Below, one piece after another: positions 43,660 to 58,250 of a stretch of 64,000 bases of DNA. The notes under the pieces were generated by a model, which saw nothing but the letters and a program-made list of their open reading frames with translations, made no database searches and was not told the origin of the DNA. Source of the stretch: the human T2T-CHM13v2.0 reference genome, Homo sapiens. The translations under genes were made by a program, and so were the position numbers. Location: the NCBI RefSeq assembly GCF_009914755.1, contig NC_060928.1. One strand, 5' to 3'. The stretch's first letter is position 1. Each line of letters opens with the position of its first letter.

Positions 43660-46396
43660 CAGGGTGAAAAATTCTAGACCAACAGGATTCGGCTATTGAC
43701 TGTGGTTGACTTATACTCTCTTTGTCCACAAGGACTGGAGGTGGCAGACGTCACACACACCCTGAGAATGTCCCCAGGTGAGCACAGTGGGGGATGGAAA
43801 CTGGTACCTAGGGAGGAAGGCTGGGCAGGTGGGCCGTCACGAGCCTCTCCCCAGTTCCCAGGGGAAACACTTGCTCCATGGAACTAAGGGGGGCCCCGAA
43901 GGGGATGGCCAGTGGAGGCACTGACACTGCAGGGCCCTGCCACCTTGCAGTGGTCACAGCTCACACGCAACGACACATGGCCCAAGGGGGAGGTGCCGAT
44001 TCATCCTGTGCAGAGCCACCCCAGGGGTGCCCCAGTTACAGGGGCAGGGAAGCACTGCCACCTCCATCTCACACAGGCGGCTGGGGCTAGGGCAGGAGTC
44101 CCGGTGCCCACATCCCACCCTCACAGCCTGTGCAGTAGGTGGCCCAGGGCCCGGGTCGCAGGGACACACCCTCCCGGCCGGGCAGCACTCAGAAGCTGTC
44201 CTAACCACAGGGTGCTTTCACTCTGACACCAGACGGTGCTACCTGCCCCACCCCGCGCCCTCCCCCTCCTCCTTCTGGCTCTGTGAGTTCTGAGCCAAGG
44301 AAGAGAGTGTCTACAGAGAGGTTTTTCAGAGGATAAAACTGCCTTTTCCGTGGGCCTGCCTTTTTGGTCAGAGTTGCCAGGAGCCAAAAGGAGTGCCTCC
44401 TTGCGGTCCCCTCGCCGCCCCGCACTGCAGTCCACCCCAAGAACCTCTATGACCCCCGGGGCTCAGGTGCAGAGCAGAGGCCACAGTTCCACAGGAGCCT
44501 CTTCATCCATCAGCAGCAAAACCCTCGGGGGTCCCAGTGGTAGCGGGGGTCCCGGCCCAAGACCTGGGCTGCGTCCTCTCCTCGAGCCTCTCATGAGAAA
44601 GACCTTTCAAACAAAACCAGTTCACTTGGCCCTCCCAGCGCTCCCTGAAGCCCCGTGTGCGTGGTGGTGGCCAGCCTGAGGGATTTGGGTCGGGCAGCTC
44701 ACGACGACCCTGAGGCTTTGTCATGCTGCAGTCTCTGCTGTCAAGAGACACAGAGGAAGAAATCCCGGTCCTGCCGGCTGTGGAGGGACAGTGGTAGCAG
44801 CTTTTAAAATCCTCTCCCTGGCGCTGGAGGAGGGACTTGCTCAGCTGGGTCCCCAATGAGCATGGAGCTCTGCTGCCACCGCTCCCCTCATGGCACCAGG
44901 CACCGCACAGACAGCGCTGCAGCTGGGAGCTCGTTTCAACCTGGAGACAGCCCTGCTGGGTGGGCAGGGCCCCTCCTCCCCAACTCCTCCCAAGGTCAGC
45001 TGCTCCAGGGCTTGGATCAGTAAGTTGGCCAGGCAAGCCGGCACCGCCCCCGCCATCAGACACCATCCCCCGCCCCGCCCGCTGCAGGAGCAGAAGGTGC
45101 TGGAGGGCCGTGTCCTGCAGCCTCTGCTTGGCTACGGTCCCCAGAAGTCCTGATGGGTCAGCAAGAGCTGTATTAAGCAGAGCAGGCAACAGCGGCAAAA
45201 ACTAGCAGAACATCCTCAAGCCAGGACTGCATGTGAGGAAGACAGCACCAGCATCACTATTTCATAGTCGGATCCACAAAGCCCGGGGAAGTGGCCGGCA
45301 GAAGACAACACGGAAGCCACACAGCAGAGAGCGGGCAGGGAACGCGGTAGACAGTCGCACAACAACACTCACACAGATGCCAAGAAAAAGGCTTAGAAGG
45401 GAATATTAAAAACCGTAGCAGCTGTACCAGACTAATAAGCTTAGGTGCGTTTGTGCTCTATTTACCCACCCACATCTAATGATACACCAGTGCTGGAATT
45501 TAAGCTCACTCTGCTCTCAGTCAGCCTCTCACTGCATGAAAACCAGGGCAGCACTGACCCATCCCTGCAGGGCCAAGCCTGCCCCCTCCACCAAGGCCCC
45601 TCCTCCTAGCTCAGGACCCGGTCAGCTAACACCAGCATGGTCTTCACAGGACGTGCCCACCACCCATCCAGCACCCTCAGAAACAGGATCCCCATTTGGG
45701 AGTCTCCATGAGGCTGGCGTGCCATTATCCGTGTTTGAGGAAAGTCAAAGTGCAATGCTGACCTCTCTGACAATGCAGGGCACACAGAACAATACACGTC
45801 CTTTCCCCGTGGCCGCCTGATGACCCCGCTGGGCTGTGGCCCAAGCCTGTGTGGCCCCAGCTGCCTTCTCCTCAGCTACCAGGGCTGCCCTGAGCCCCAG
45901 CTCCTCACAGATGCCCCCACACTTCCAGGGCTGCAGCCCAGGAGGGGAAAAAGCCTGTACCCCAGCGTCGGGTCTGCAGAGGGATCTGAGATGGGCAAAG
46001 GACTAGTGGGACCTTGTCACTGCCACTCAAGTGGGGGCGTGGGAAGCAGTGCGTGGAACCTTCCATTGAGAGAAAGATGCAGTCACACACGCGAGTGTCA
46101 ACACGCAATATGAGCCTTCCAGAATTCTTGGAGCACGGCCCTGGCCATCCCTGGATCGTGTCGGGAGGACATAGCGCACTTTTGAAGACCTCCCCAGGCC
46201 TGTGGTTTCGAGGGGTTTGACTTGATTTACAAGCACAGGAGAAGTGGGAGTCCTATCAGGGCACTCCGCTCACCAGGGCTGGGGCAGCTCAAAGCCATAG
46301 CACACAGCAGGGCCATAGATGCACTCTCAGGCCCCTCTCAGCACTCACCGACCCCGCCTCCGATGACCCACTCTCTGTCAAGAACCACAGTGGAAG

Positions 46397-47042
<646 letters not shown>

Positions 47043-47044
47043 CG

Positions 47045-47590
47045 CTGAAGATGGAGCTACACAGTAATTCCACCCAAGCACCTCCCCAAGAGAATCAAAT
47101 TACAAAGACTCGAACACACACGCTCATGCCAGCAAATTACAAAGACTCGAACACACACGCTCATGCCAGTGTCATTCATGACAGCCAAAAATGGAGACTA
47201 CCCAAATGTCCATCAGCAGGTGAATGGAAAACAAAAAGTGGTCTGTCCACTAATGGAATATTATTCAGCCATAAAAATGAAATGCTAACACATGCTACAA
47301 CATGGATGAAACTGGAAGAAGCCAGACACAAAAGGCCCCACAGCGTATGACTCCTTTTATACGAAACGTCCAGAACAGGCAAATCCGCAGAGATGGAAAG
47401 CCAACTGGAGGTTCCAGGGGCCAGAGGCAGGGTGAGTGAAGAGTGACTACATAATAGAAACAGGGTGTTTATATGGGATGATGGAAAAGCTTTGAAATCA
47501 GAGAGAGCCAATGGCTGCACCAGATTGCGAATACAGGAAATATCACTGATGGTTTGCTTTCAATGGTTACCTATATATTCACTGCATTTC
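47045..47590 (+). mobile_element. L1MB-like fragment with a local 37-bp tandem duplication (about 47097-47170)
   Basis: cccaaatgtccatcagcaggtgaatgga...aatggaatattattcagccataaaaatg...aacgtccagaacaggcaaatcc; AAATTACAAAGACTCGAACACACACGCTCATGCCAG occurs twice. Confidence 0.82.
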
Positions 47591-47607
47591 ACCCTCTCAG
47601 TCTCGCT

Positions 47608-47788
47608 CTTTTTTTTTTTTTTTTTTTTTTTTGAGAGAGGGTCTTGCTCTGTCACCCTTGCCCAGGCTGGAGTGCAGTGGCACAGTCGTAGTTCACTGCA
47701 GCTTCAAACTCCTGGGCTCAAGCAATCCGTCCCCCTTGGCCACCCAAAGTAGCTGGGATTATAGGCGTAGGCCACCATGCCCAGCCAC
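47608..47788 (-). mobile_element. Alu right-arm monomer (FRAM/AluJ-like)
   Basis: polyT-gagagagggtcttgctctgtcacc...tagctgggattataggc. Confidence 0.85.
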
Positions 47789-48471
47789 ACTTCAATCTCT
47801 TAAAAGATTAAAATATATATATAACAACAAAAATGAACCATAACTAACCTCATCCACAAGCCGAATTTGTCCCCAAAGGCATATCCTTGGATAGTTCCAA
47901 AGTGAGCCCCAGATACCCCCAGAGAGTGGCCCGGACAAAGCGGTGCTGGGCCTGGGGCCTTCAGGAGAGAAGCCATGTGTCTTCCCCATACTCCAAGCGG
48001 CACCGCGAAGGGAAGATGGGGTGCACCGCCACCTGCTTTTCCATTCTCTCCCCACAGTGAGCTTTGAGGCAGGCCTTACCACCCACAGTCCTTGGCCTTT
48101 TCAGAAGTGTCTGGAGCACACCAATTGGACCAAATTTGAGAAGACCAATGGGACTTCCTTGGATTTCAGACGCTGTGGGAGGCTGCAGATCGACTGTGCT
48201 GATGGTCGACTGATGGGTGCGCTGAGCAGACTTACAGTTTCCCATCATTCCCTGCAGTGCCCCGCTCCCACTGCAGGCAGCCACATGGCCGAGCTGTAAC
48301 CTTGAGCAGGCCCAGGCTCTGAGATCTGCAGGCCAGGAAGCCTTCCCTAGGTCAGAGGGAAGGGGCCGGGGCACAGGAGAGTGGCCCCCGTGCCCATTGT
48401 CTCTGAGACCTCACGTCCCTTGGAGTGGTCAGGAAGGAGCCAGGTGAGGCCGACAGCCAGCACTCCTGTCA

Positions 48472-49293
<822 letters not shown>

Positions 49294-50199
49294 TTACCTG
49301 ATACAGGGAGAAAGAACCTCACCTCCTTGCTTTTGGTAAACGCCTGGTTCACCTTTTCTGCCCCTTTCTTTTCAGCCTTTCTGCGGAAGCTGTCTCGTGG
49401 ACATCTCTCGTCAACAGCACAAGGTTGGATTGTTCAACGCACAGGTGCACTCTCAGTCTCTGTCTGGGAGGTGGATTTGCTCCACTCCCTGTGATGCCTG
49501 ACTTACGTGCAATTATTTCTACAGCTTTAGTTTTTGCTTTTTGTTTGTTGTGCTTTTGCTTTGCTGCCCTCTTCTCATCCTTTCCTGCTTTGATTGGATT
49601 ATTTCCTTTATTCTCTTTCTCCCTCCCCTGGTTTAGGAGTTATCCCTTCTTCTGGGACTGTTATCCTAGTGCCTACCCTGTGGTAATTCACACACTTAGC
49701 TCATGGTCTCAAATCCAGCCTTATTGCAAACCATCAAAGACCTCAGTGCCAGCTCTGATTGCTGTCCAGGCATTGCTGTCCAGAATTTCCACTCCCCCTT
49801 GCCAGGAGCACGGATGCTCACGCTCCCCAAGGTGACTGCTGCTCCCATCTACCCACTCCCTCCCCGACTCCTGGGCCCCACCATTGCACCTTGCCTCCCA
49901 CTCCTTCCTTCTGACTTTGATTTTCCTCTTGGAGTACATTTTCCAGTACTTCTTCAGCAATGATTTGGGGGCGGTTACTTTTTTGTCTTCGTCTAAAACT
50001 GTCTTCCATTTTGCTCTCCTCCACGAACGACAGCTTAGCTAAGCCCAGAACTCTACTCTGACTTTGCTCCCTGTGGCCCTAGAAAGATTTCGCTCCACAG
50101 TCCTCCAGGCCTCCAGTATTCAGCCAGTCCAGCAGAGGCCCCTGTGAGGTTGCAGCCTGTCCCCTTAGGCCCCTCAGATGCTGCGTTCTGAGCATCTGA

Positions 50200-50640
<441 letters not shown>

Positions 50641-51323
50641 TGCCTTGTGGTTTCTATCCTCAGTCTCTTGGCTTGGTTTGACCTTACGCATGCCAGGGAG
50701 TGTGCTCACGGAGAACCCCTTTCTCCTCTGTCTTGTAACTTTCTACTATGAACTCCACTTCAGAGGTGTGGCAGGAGGGCTCCTCCAGAACACCATGTAC
50801 CTCACTCGGCCAGGCTGCCCAGGTGACCCTGTGCTGAAGTGGCCTATGGGGCTTTCCTGGCCCCCTGGCCTCCAGGCCTCAAGGCCACAGATTCCTGTCT
50901 GACCCTTGCTCCAACCTGCCCTCACTGGACAGCAATGCTTCACCCAGTCCTGGACCAACACATCTCCCCTAACCCCACCATGCCCTGGGCCTCCCTGTGA
51001 GTGCTCCCAAGAACATCCTACCAAGCCAGCATTTCCCTGCATCCCCACACCTGCCCTTTGAGATGTGACTCTGCTACTCCCCGCACCGAGAAGTGGAGGT
51101 GACAGCCCCCCCCATTTAATGGGGGCTGGCCCTATGGACACTGTGGAGGTGATGCCATGTGACTTCCAGGCTGGGCCTCAGGATCACCTTGCCACTCTGC
51201 TCCACTGCCCTGAGACTCAGCATCGGGGAGAAAGCCTGGAGGGGGCCTGCCTGACAGCTGCACCAGCCGGGGTGGACCAAAGGCCGCAGATGGTTCAGCT
51301 GGCTGACCCTTCCCAACTGAAGC

Positions 51324-51582
51324 TCCGCCCAGTTGGGCCCCGCCCAGGTAAGCCCCATCTAGATGAAGCCCCACCCAGGTAAGCCCACCTAGATGATGGC
51401 GCCCCATCCAGATAGAGTCCCGCCCAGATGAGTACCACCCAGGTAAGCCTGCCTAGATGATGAAGCCCCGCCCAGATGCCACCCCGCCCAGATGCAGCCC
51501 TATCCAGATGGCCCCACACTGTGAGTCCTGCCCATATAAGCCCCACCTAGATGAAGCCACGCCCAGGTGAGCCCCGCCCCAC
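51324..51582. repeat. Degenerate ~15-bp minisatellite, about 16 units
   Basis: Units of the form CCCC(A/G)CCCAG(G/A)T(A/G)AG. Confidence 0.85.
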
Positions 51583-52849
51583 GGGCTGATCCACCCAATC
51601 CTGACGTGGGGCAGCAGTGATGGTTTGAAGCTCTCAGTTCCCGGCGGTTTCTAAGTGGACCTTCCCATGCACTCAGCTTTAGGTTTTAGTTTCCTCTTAT
51701 TTCTGGCACTAGGGGTTACACCTTCTCTCTTGCCAGCTCAGTACTTTTAAAAATGTTTTTGTGATTTTATCCAACATGCCTGGGCATCTCGCAGTGGGGA
51801 GGTCTGCCTTTACGCGGTCTGTGACACAGCCCTGAACGCCCCTGGCCCCCCACCCTCACATTCCCCGTGGAGTTGCATGGCCATCAAACACACTGTCCAA
51901 ACCCCTACTTCTGCACCCCCATCTCCACCCTCCACCTCGCAGCTCCTCTCCTGAGCTCCCCATCCCCAAACAGCACCTCTCCCCCAGCCAGGTCCCACCC
52001 CCACCAGGCCCAGATCCATCTACTTTCTCCATCCAGAGTCGCCTGCTGCCATCCTCTCGCTGGAATCCCCGCCACCCACCAGTCCCAGCTTCCAATCTCG
52101 TCTCTCCCACAGCAGGCCTGGAAGGACCCCGCAAACAGCAGTGCTGACCCCATCATGCCCCCACCTTCCTTGCCTGTGACCCATCCCCAGGCGACCTCCC
52201 AACCCCATCTGCAGCGACCCCACCTTGTCCCCTGTGCTCCAAGTGCACCCAGCCTTTCAGGCTCCGCGACCCACACCCCCTTGCCACTCACATCTCAGCA
52301 GCCCCCTCGCCCCCACTCCGCTGGCTGCTCGCTGTCCCTCCGATCCCTGGCTCAGGCAAGGCCCACATGGCCTGACAGCCTTGGAGATTCCCACTGAGCA
52401 GCCCATGCCGGCGCTGTGAGAAGGCTGAGTCCAGTACACCCACGGTGGGGTGGGGGGGCTGACCCCTGCGGGCAGCTCTGTGGGAGGAGGTCGGTTTGAG
52501 AAATTTGTCAGAACTACCCAACCACGATCAATCCCAGACACAGAACTCCTTCACGCTGTCTTCTGGAAGCCCCAGGACAAGGGCCCTGCCAGCAGCACAG
52601 GGTGGGAGGAGAGGCTGGGCTGGGACTTGAGGATCCATCTTCAGAGACCAGGAAGATGCCCCCGCCAGGTGGCCACAGTCAGCGGGCCAGGCTGGCAGGG
52701 TGCTTTCCAAAGCCCCCAAGTCAGCTGCCTACGCAGAAAGCCAAACTCAGGAACCATGGCTCTGGGCCTATTTTCCTATTTTTTTTTATTCAGGGGCAAA
52801 ACACCTTTTCCCTTGATTATCTGTTAACCTCAAAAAGTGGTACAATTCC

Positions 52850-53680
<831 letters not shown>

Positions 53681-56600
53681 TGTATCTGACATTTAAGTAG
53701 TTGATTCTGCTTTTAGGTGTTTTTTGTAATCATGATATCCCTAAAAATAATTGGAAACATTCTCAAAAACTGAAATCCAAAGAAAAAAACATTGCCCTAA
53801 GGACACTATCCTAAATTGGGTGTGCTAGCCCAGTCTCCCCAGGAAGCCGGTGTAAAATACCACCTTTCTGGTGGGGGAGAGCCAAGCGCAGCACAGCTGG
53901 AGCAAAACCCACCCGTGGCAGAGACTTAGAGAGCCAGCCATGCAGTTTGGACCCATGTTCCTTGTCCATGGAGGGGCCCCCCCACTTGATGTGTCCCCTA
54001 CACCCCCTGCCTCCCTCCAGCAGGAAAACAATGAGAAATGGAAGAGCTTCAAAATGCTTACTGTAAGAAGGAAAAAATCATTCCATTCATCCTATCCAAC
54101 TATTCTACATTAATTACCATAACATAAAATGTTCTATTCTACTTGTGCTTAATCTATTCAGATCAGTCAAAAAATATCCATTCACTTTTGTCTTCCTCCT
54201 TCAAACACTTGACTTGCCCATCAATATCTAAGTTTTTTTTGCAATCCAACTGAAAAAAGACAAAAGTAATCGTTTCACCAAATGGGACTCATGTAAAATC
54301 CGATGACAGTCCAGTGCCTTCCTGCAGGAAAGGAGACTTTGCCTGACGCATACGGGTGCCAGCTCTGGGGTCCCGCGGACAGGAGTGTAAATCCCAGCCC
54401 TGCTTCCTCCTGGCTGTAGAGGTTCGAGCAAGGTGACTTGTCTTGAGACCCCATTTGTAAAACAGGGTGCATCAGCATAGTTTAAACGTTCACAAATGAC
54501 CCTCACACCTCAGTGCCTTAACGGATAGAAGCTCATCCCCTCACATCACAGTGCAGCACAAGTGCACCCCAGCCCCTTCCCCGCTGCCACCCGAGCCCTG
54601 GAGTCCTCTCCTAGGTCCTGGGCATCCAGACAACAAATGGGGGGCACAGGCCATGGGAGGACAGCATGAGAGGTTTGGGGGCCAGTCCGACATGGTGAAC
54701 CCCATTGCTGCCCACACCGGCTGCAGTCAGCCCTGGTCCTGACAACCATAGAGGAGGCAGGTGCTCACGTGGTGAGTGAGCACATGGCAGCATCTCCCCC
54801 CTGGGGCGCAGGCAGGGGCAGGGCGCATCCTTCATCCTCAGGGGGACCTGTAACCAGATCCACGGGGATGCCTGAGGCGTACTAAGTCAGGGTCTGTTCC
54901 CAGCAACCAAGTACCCGCCACCTACCAGAAAAAGGCACAGGGGTGGCAGGCCCCCACTGAGACGCTTTCACTCTCAGAATGGCCTGGCTGGAGGAACTGG
55001 AAGCTGTGATGGCCTCTGAGACTCCAAGAAACACTGACATGAAACCCTAAGGTAGCTAAACGTTGGTTCTGTGGAAGTCCCCGCCTGCTTACACCACCCA
55101 CTGGTTCTGCCATTATTGACTGGGGTCATTGGTTGAGCTGTTACTGTGAGTCTTGGACAGAGATGATCTCCTCACATGCTCCCAACAATTCCAGAAGGCA
55201 GGTCTCAGCATCCCCACCTGACACTAGGGAAACTGAGGCACAGGTGTGGGAGGGACGAGAATTCCCAGCCAGGCCCTGGAGCTCCAATGCTATTTAGACA
55301 CATGACCGGCAACCACTGAAGACAAGAAAACACTGGGGAAGCACTGAAACCCACAGCCTTCTCAGCATTTATTTTTCTTCAAATTGGAATCAGCTCACCA
55401 TTATTCACCTTTGCACCCGGCACACCCTGTAGCTGCACAAGGCTGTCAACTCAAACAAAACCACACCCTGGCTGTCACTTACCAGCTCTCAGATGTGCAC
55501 CTTCACACATTTAGAGCAAGCACATCCGGTATTCTGGGAATTCTTGGTGGCTGAAAATGGCCACTGAAGCCGCCTTAAATTAGCCATCTCTCCTCTTAAG
55601 GTCGAACAAAATGACCTAAAGACACTCAGCCTGTGGGGCAGGACACTGAGGCCCTGCTTCCCTCCCCCGTCTGCCCTGCCTGCTGAGTCCAAATATCAAT
55701 TACGTGAAGCTCTCGACTCTCTGCCTCTGACTCGCCCATTTAACAGAAACCATACCAGACGTTTCCAGTAAGCGCCCAGCCCTGCCCTGCCAGGGAAGGA
55801 GAGCCCTGAGTGATGACAGAGTCGGCGCAGGGAGTGATGCTCGCCCTCTGTCTGCAGCCCAGGCTCTTAATTGCCCTGCAAATGCCGCTGGCACAAGGCA
55901 AGGCATGTGAGGTCCCACACTCCCCCAACCACAAACAGAAACCTCAGCAAAGCGCAGGAAATGAGACGTGAGCTGCCCGCTGAGAGTCACTTCCTAAGAG
56001 GCCAGGGAGTAGGTTCTACAAAGCCACCTCAAGAGCACATGGGCTCTCAGGCGTCCGCACTGCACTCCCGCTGACCACAGCCTGAGTGCTGATGTGGAAA
56101 AAGGAAGGCTTTCTGGGAGGGGTGGCATGACCTGGATGCAGAGCCGCCGGGGGAGCCCCAGAGCCTTCTGAATTCAGAGAACCACACACAGCTGAGAGAG
56201 ACCGGTGCGCAGGGCCAGCCACGCCTGCTCTGACTCAGCACTGCCAAGCGTCCTCCCAGGACTTCCTGAGCCCCCTCCGTGCCAGGCGCCCGCCAGGAGA
56301 GGGAGCACCGCCGGGCTCAGCCTGTGCAGCATCCGGAACACTGGCTTTCCAGCAGCTCACCTCAGAGAGAAACGTGCCAGGCCAAGGACAACCCCCTGCC
56401 ACAGCTGGGCACTTGGAGTTTATCAGCTGAAAACGAATTCATCAGTAGCCTGGCTAGAAGTTATCACTCAAATCCCAAGTCCCTGGAACAGGGTCTGTGC
56501 TTGGCATGGGGCATGGACGCAGTGCTGTAGGGACAGCCATTCGTTTCCCAGGTGACGCAAAGCAGGGAAGTCAAGGCACATGCCAGTGACTGCCCTCTCA

Positions 56601-58088
56601 TAGGCCCCACTCGTGCCAGGCCCCAGTGTCCACCAAGACCCCTCCCACAGCCTTCCAAGCCCCAGCTGTATACTTCTGGGGGATCTCTGTCATCGCCCCT
56701 CACCCTCAGCCACCAGTGGGGAGCCCCAAAAGGAGGACTGGGCTGCGCCTCATCTCTGCACTTCGGGACCAAACAGATATATCCAGACCTTGCCCCACCC
56801 CCCACTCTGGGGCCCGCCCCCATCTGCCACTTCGTTTCCAGGGTGCCGCCCCTCTCAACCAGGTGGCCAAGGTACAGAGTGCTGGCCACCAATGGGCAGC
56901 TCTCTTCAAGGGCCCATGACCAAGTGGGCTGGAACCCCGAAAACCCTCAGGTGACTGAGGCTGGGTTAACAAGAGCCGAAGGGCAGGAAGTCCCATACTC
57001 AGTACTGCTCAGTCCTGGCAGGTTCCCACAAAACATGCCAGTGGGGTTGGCACCCAGGCAGACTTTACCAAACCCAAAGGGGTCTTCTTTCATAAAGCAC
57101 ACACACCCAGCAAGTCACTCAGGCTTCTCTTGGCAAAGGCCATGTCATCGCTAATCTGGGCCTGGAATGTTTACAGGAAGTTGCCAAATACACATCACTC
57201 AGTAAGGCAGATTTATAAGGAATGTTCTCCTACAAAGCGGGGGGACAAGAAAGGTTAATAGCCCCCACTCTGAAAACGGTCTGGGGGTGCAGACAAGCGA
57301 GCTCTTCTCGGAGTGCAAGGTTGAGCATGGTAACCAGCCACATGGGAACTACCCCATCCACCCAGCCAGCATAACCCACTGAGGGTCAATTCCTCCTCAA
57401 AGATGGAAAACACAAATTCATCCTGAGTGATATTAATATGCTCTTTGGTGATGGCCAGGAAATCTCTCCCAGGTCCAGGTAAGTGTCCAGGTCCCTCTCC
57501 CCCATGCCGGGAATTCTCACCTCCTAGTGACCAGGAACTTCCAGCCAGGTCAATCAATAGAAAGTCATAACCAAGCAAGAAACACAGCACTGAGACTTTT
57601 GTTTCAGATGAAGACACCAACCATGCCAAAATGGTTTGCCTTTCTAAAGCATAAACTCTCTTGAAAAGACTTTAAAGAAAGGCAAGAAAGTATTTCACCA
57701 ACATCAATAAAGCAGGACAAGCTGACAGGTTTTCCTGCACCGTCTCTTCCTGGGAGTGTTCAAAGTCAGGATAATACTTACAAGATCTGAACACTTTATA
57801 CCAAGAAAAATCATATTGGTGTTTAAAAGACTGATTAAGAAAGTGAATAGAAATATAATTTGCAAATGTCATTTTAATGTTAAACTTTTGTATTATTCAT
57901 CAGGCATTCTTTTACTCAACTTAGGTAGCTAACGTAGTAGCTAATTTTTATTCAGATATCAAAATGTATGTCACACAGGAATATTTTTCAGCATTTCCAA
58001 TTGCTTTTTATAACTATAAGAACAGTGAATAATATTTTCATTTCAGAATATTTTCCACCATATTGTGATGAACAAGAAGCTCAGTGCT

Positions 58089-58201
58089 GGCCAAGCACAG
58101 TGGCTCACACCTGTAATCCCAGTGCTTCGGGAGGCTGAGGCAGGAGGATTGCTTGAGGCCAGGAATTTGAGTCCAGCCGGGGCAACATAGTGAGACCCTG
58201 T

Positions 58202-58233
<32 letters not shown>

Positions 58234-58250
58234 TTAAAAATTTATAAAAA
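58089..58250 (+). mobile_element. Alu left monomer (FLAM/AluJ) with an (AC)14 microsatellite at 58206-58233
   Basis: ggccaagcacagtggctcacacctgtaatccc...gtgagaccctgtctct(ac)n. Confidence 0.9.

Noticed and set aside
44350-45205. Cluster of ORFs up to 231 aa that looked like a possible hidden exon or retrogene
   Set aside because: No recognisable domain, poly-A tail, TSD or convincing splice pair. A BLASTX search would be needed to exclude it fully.
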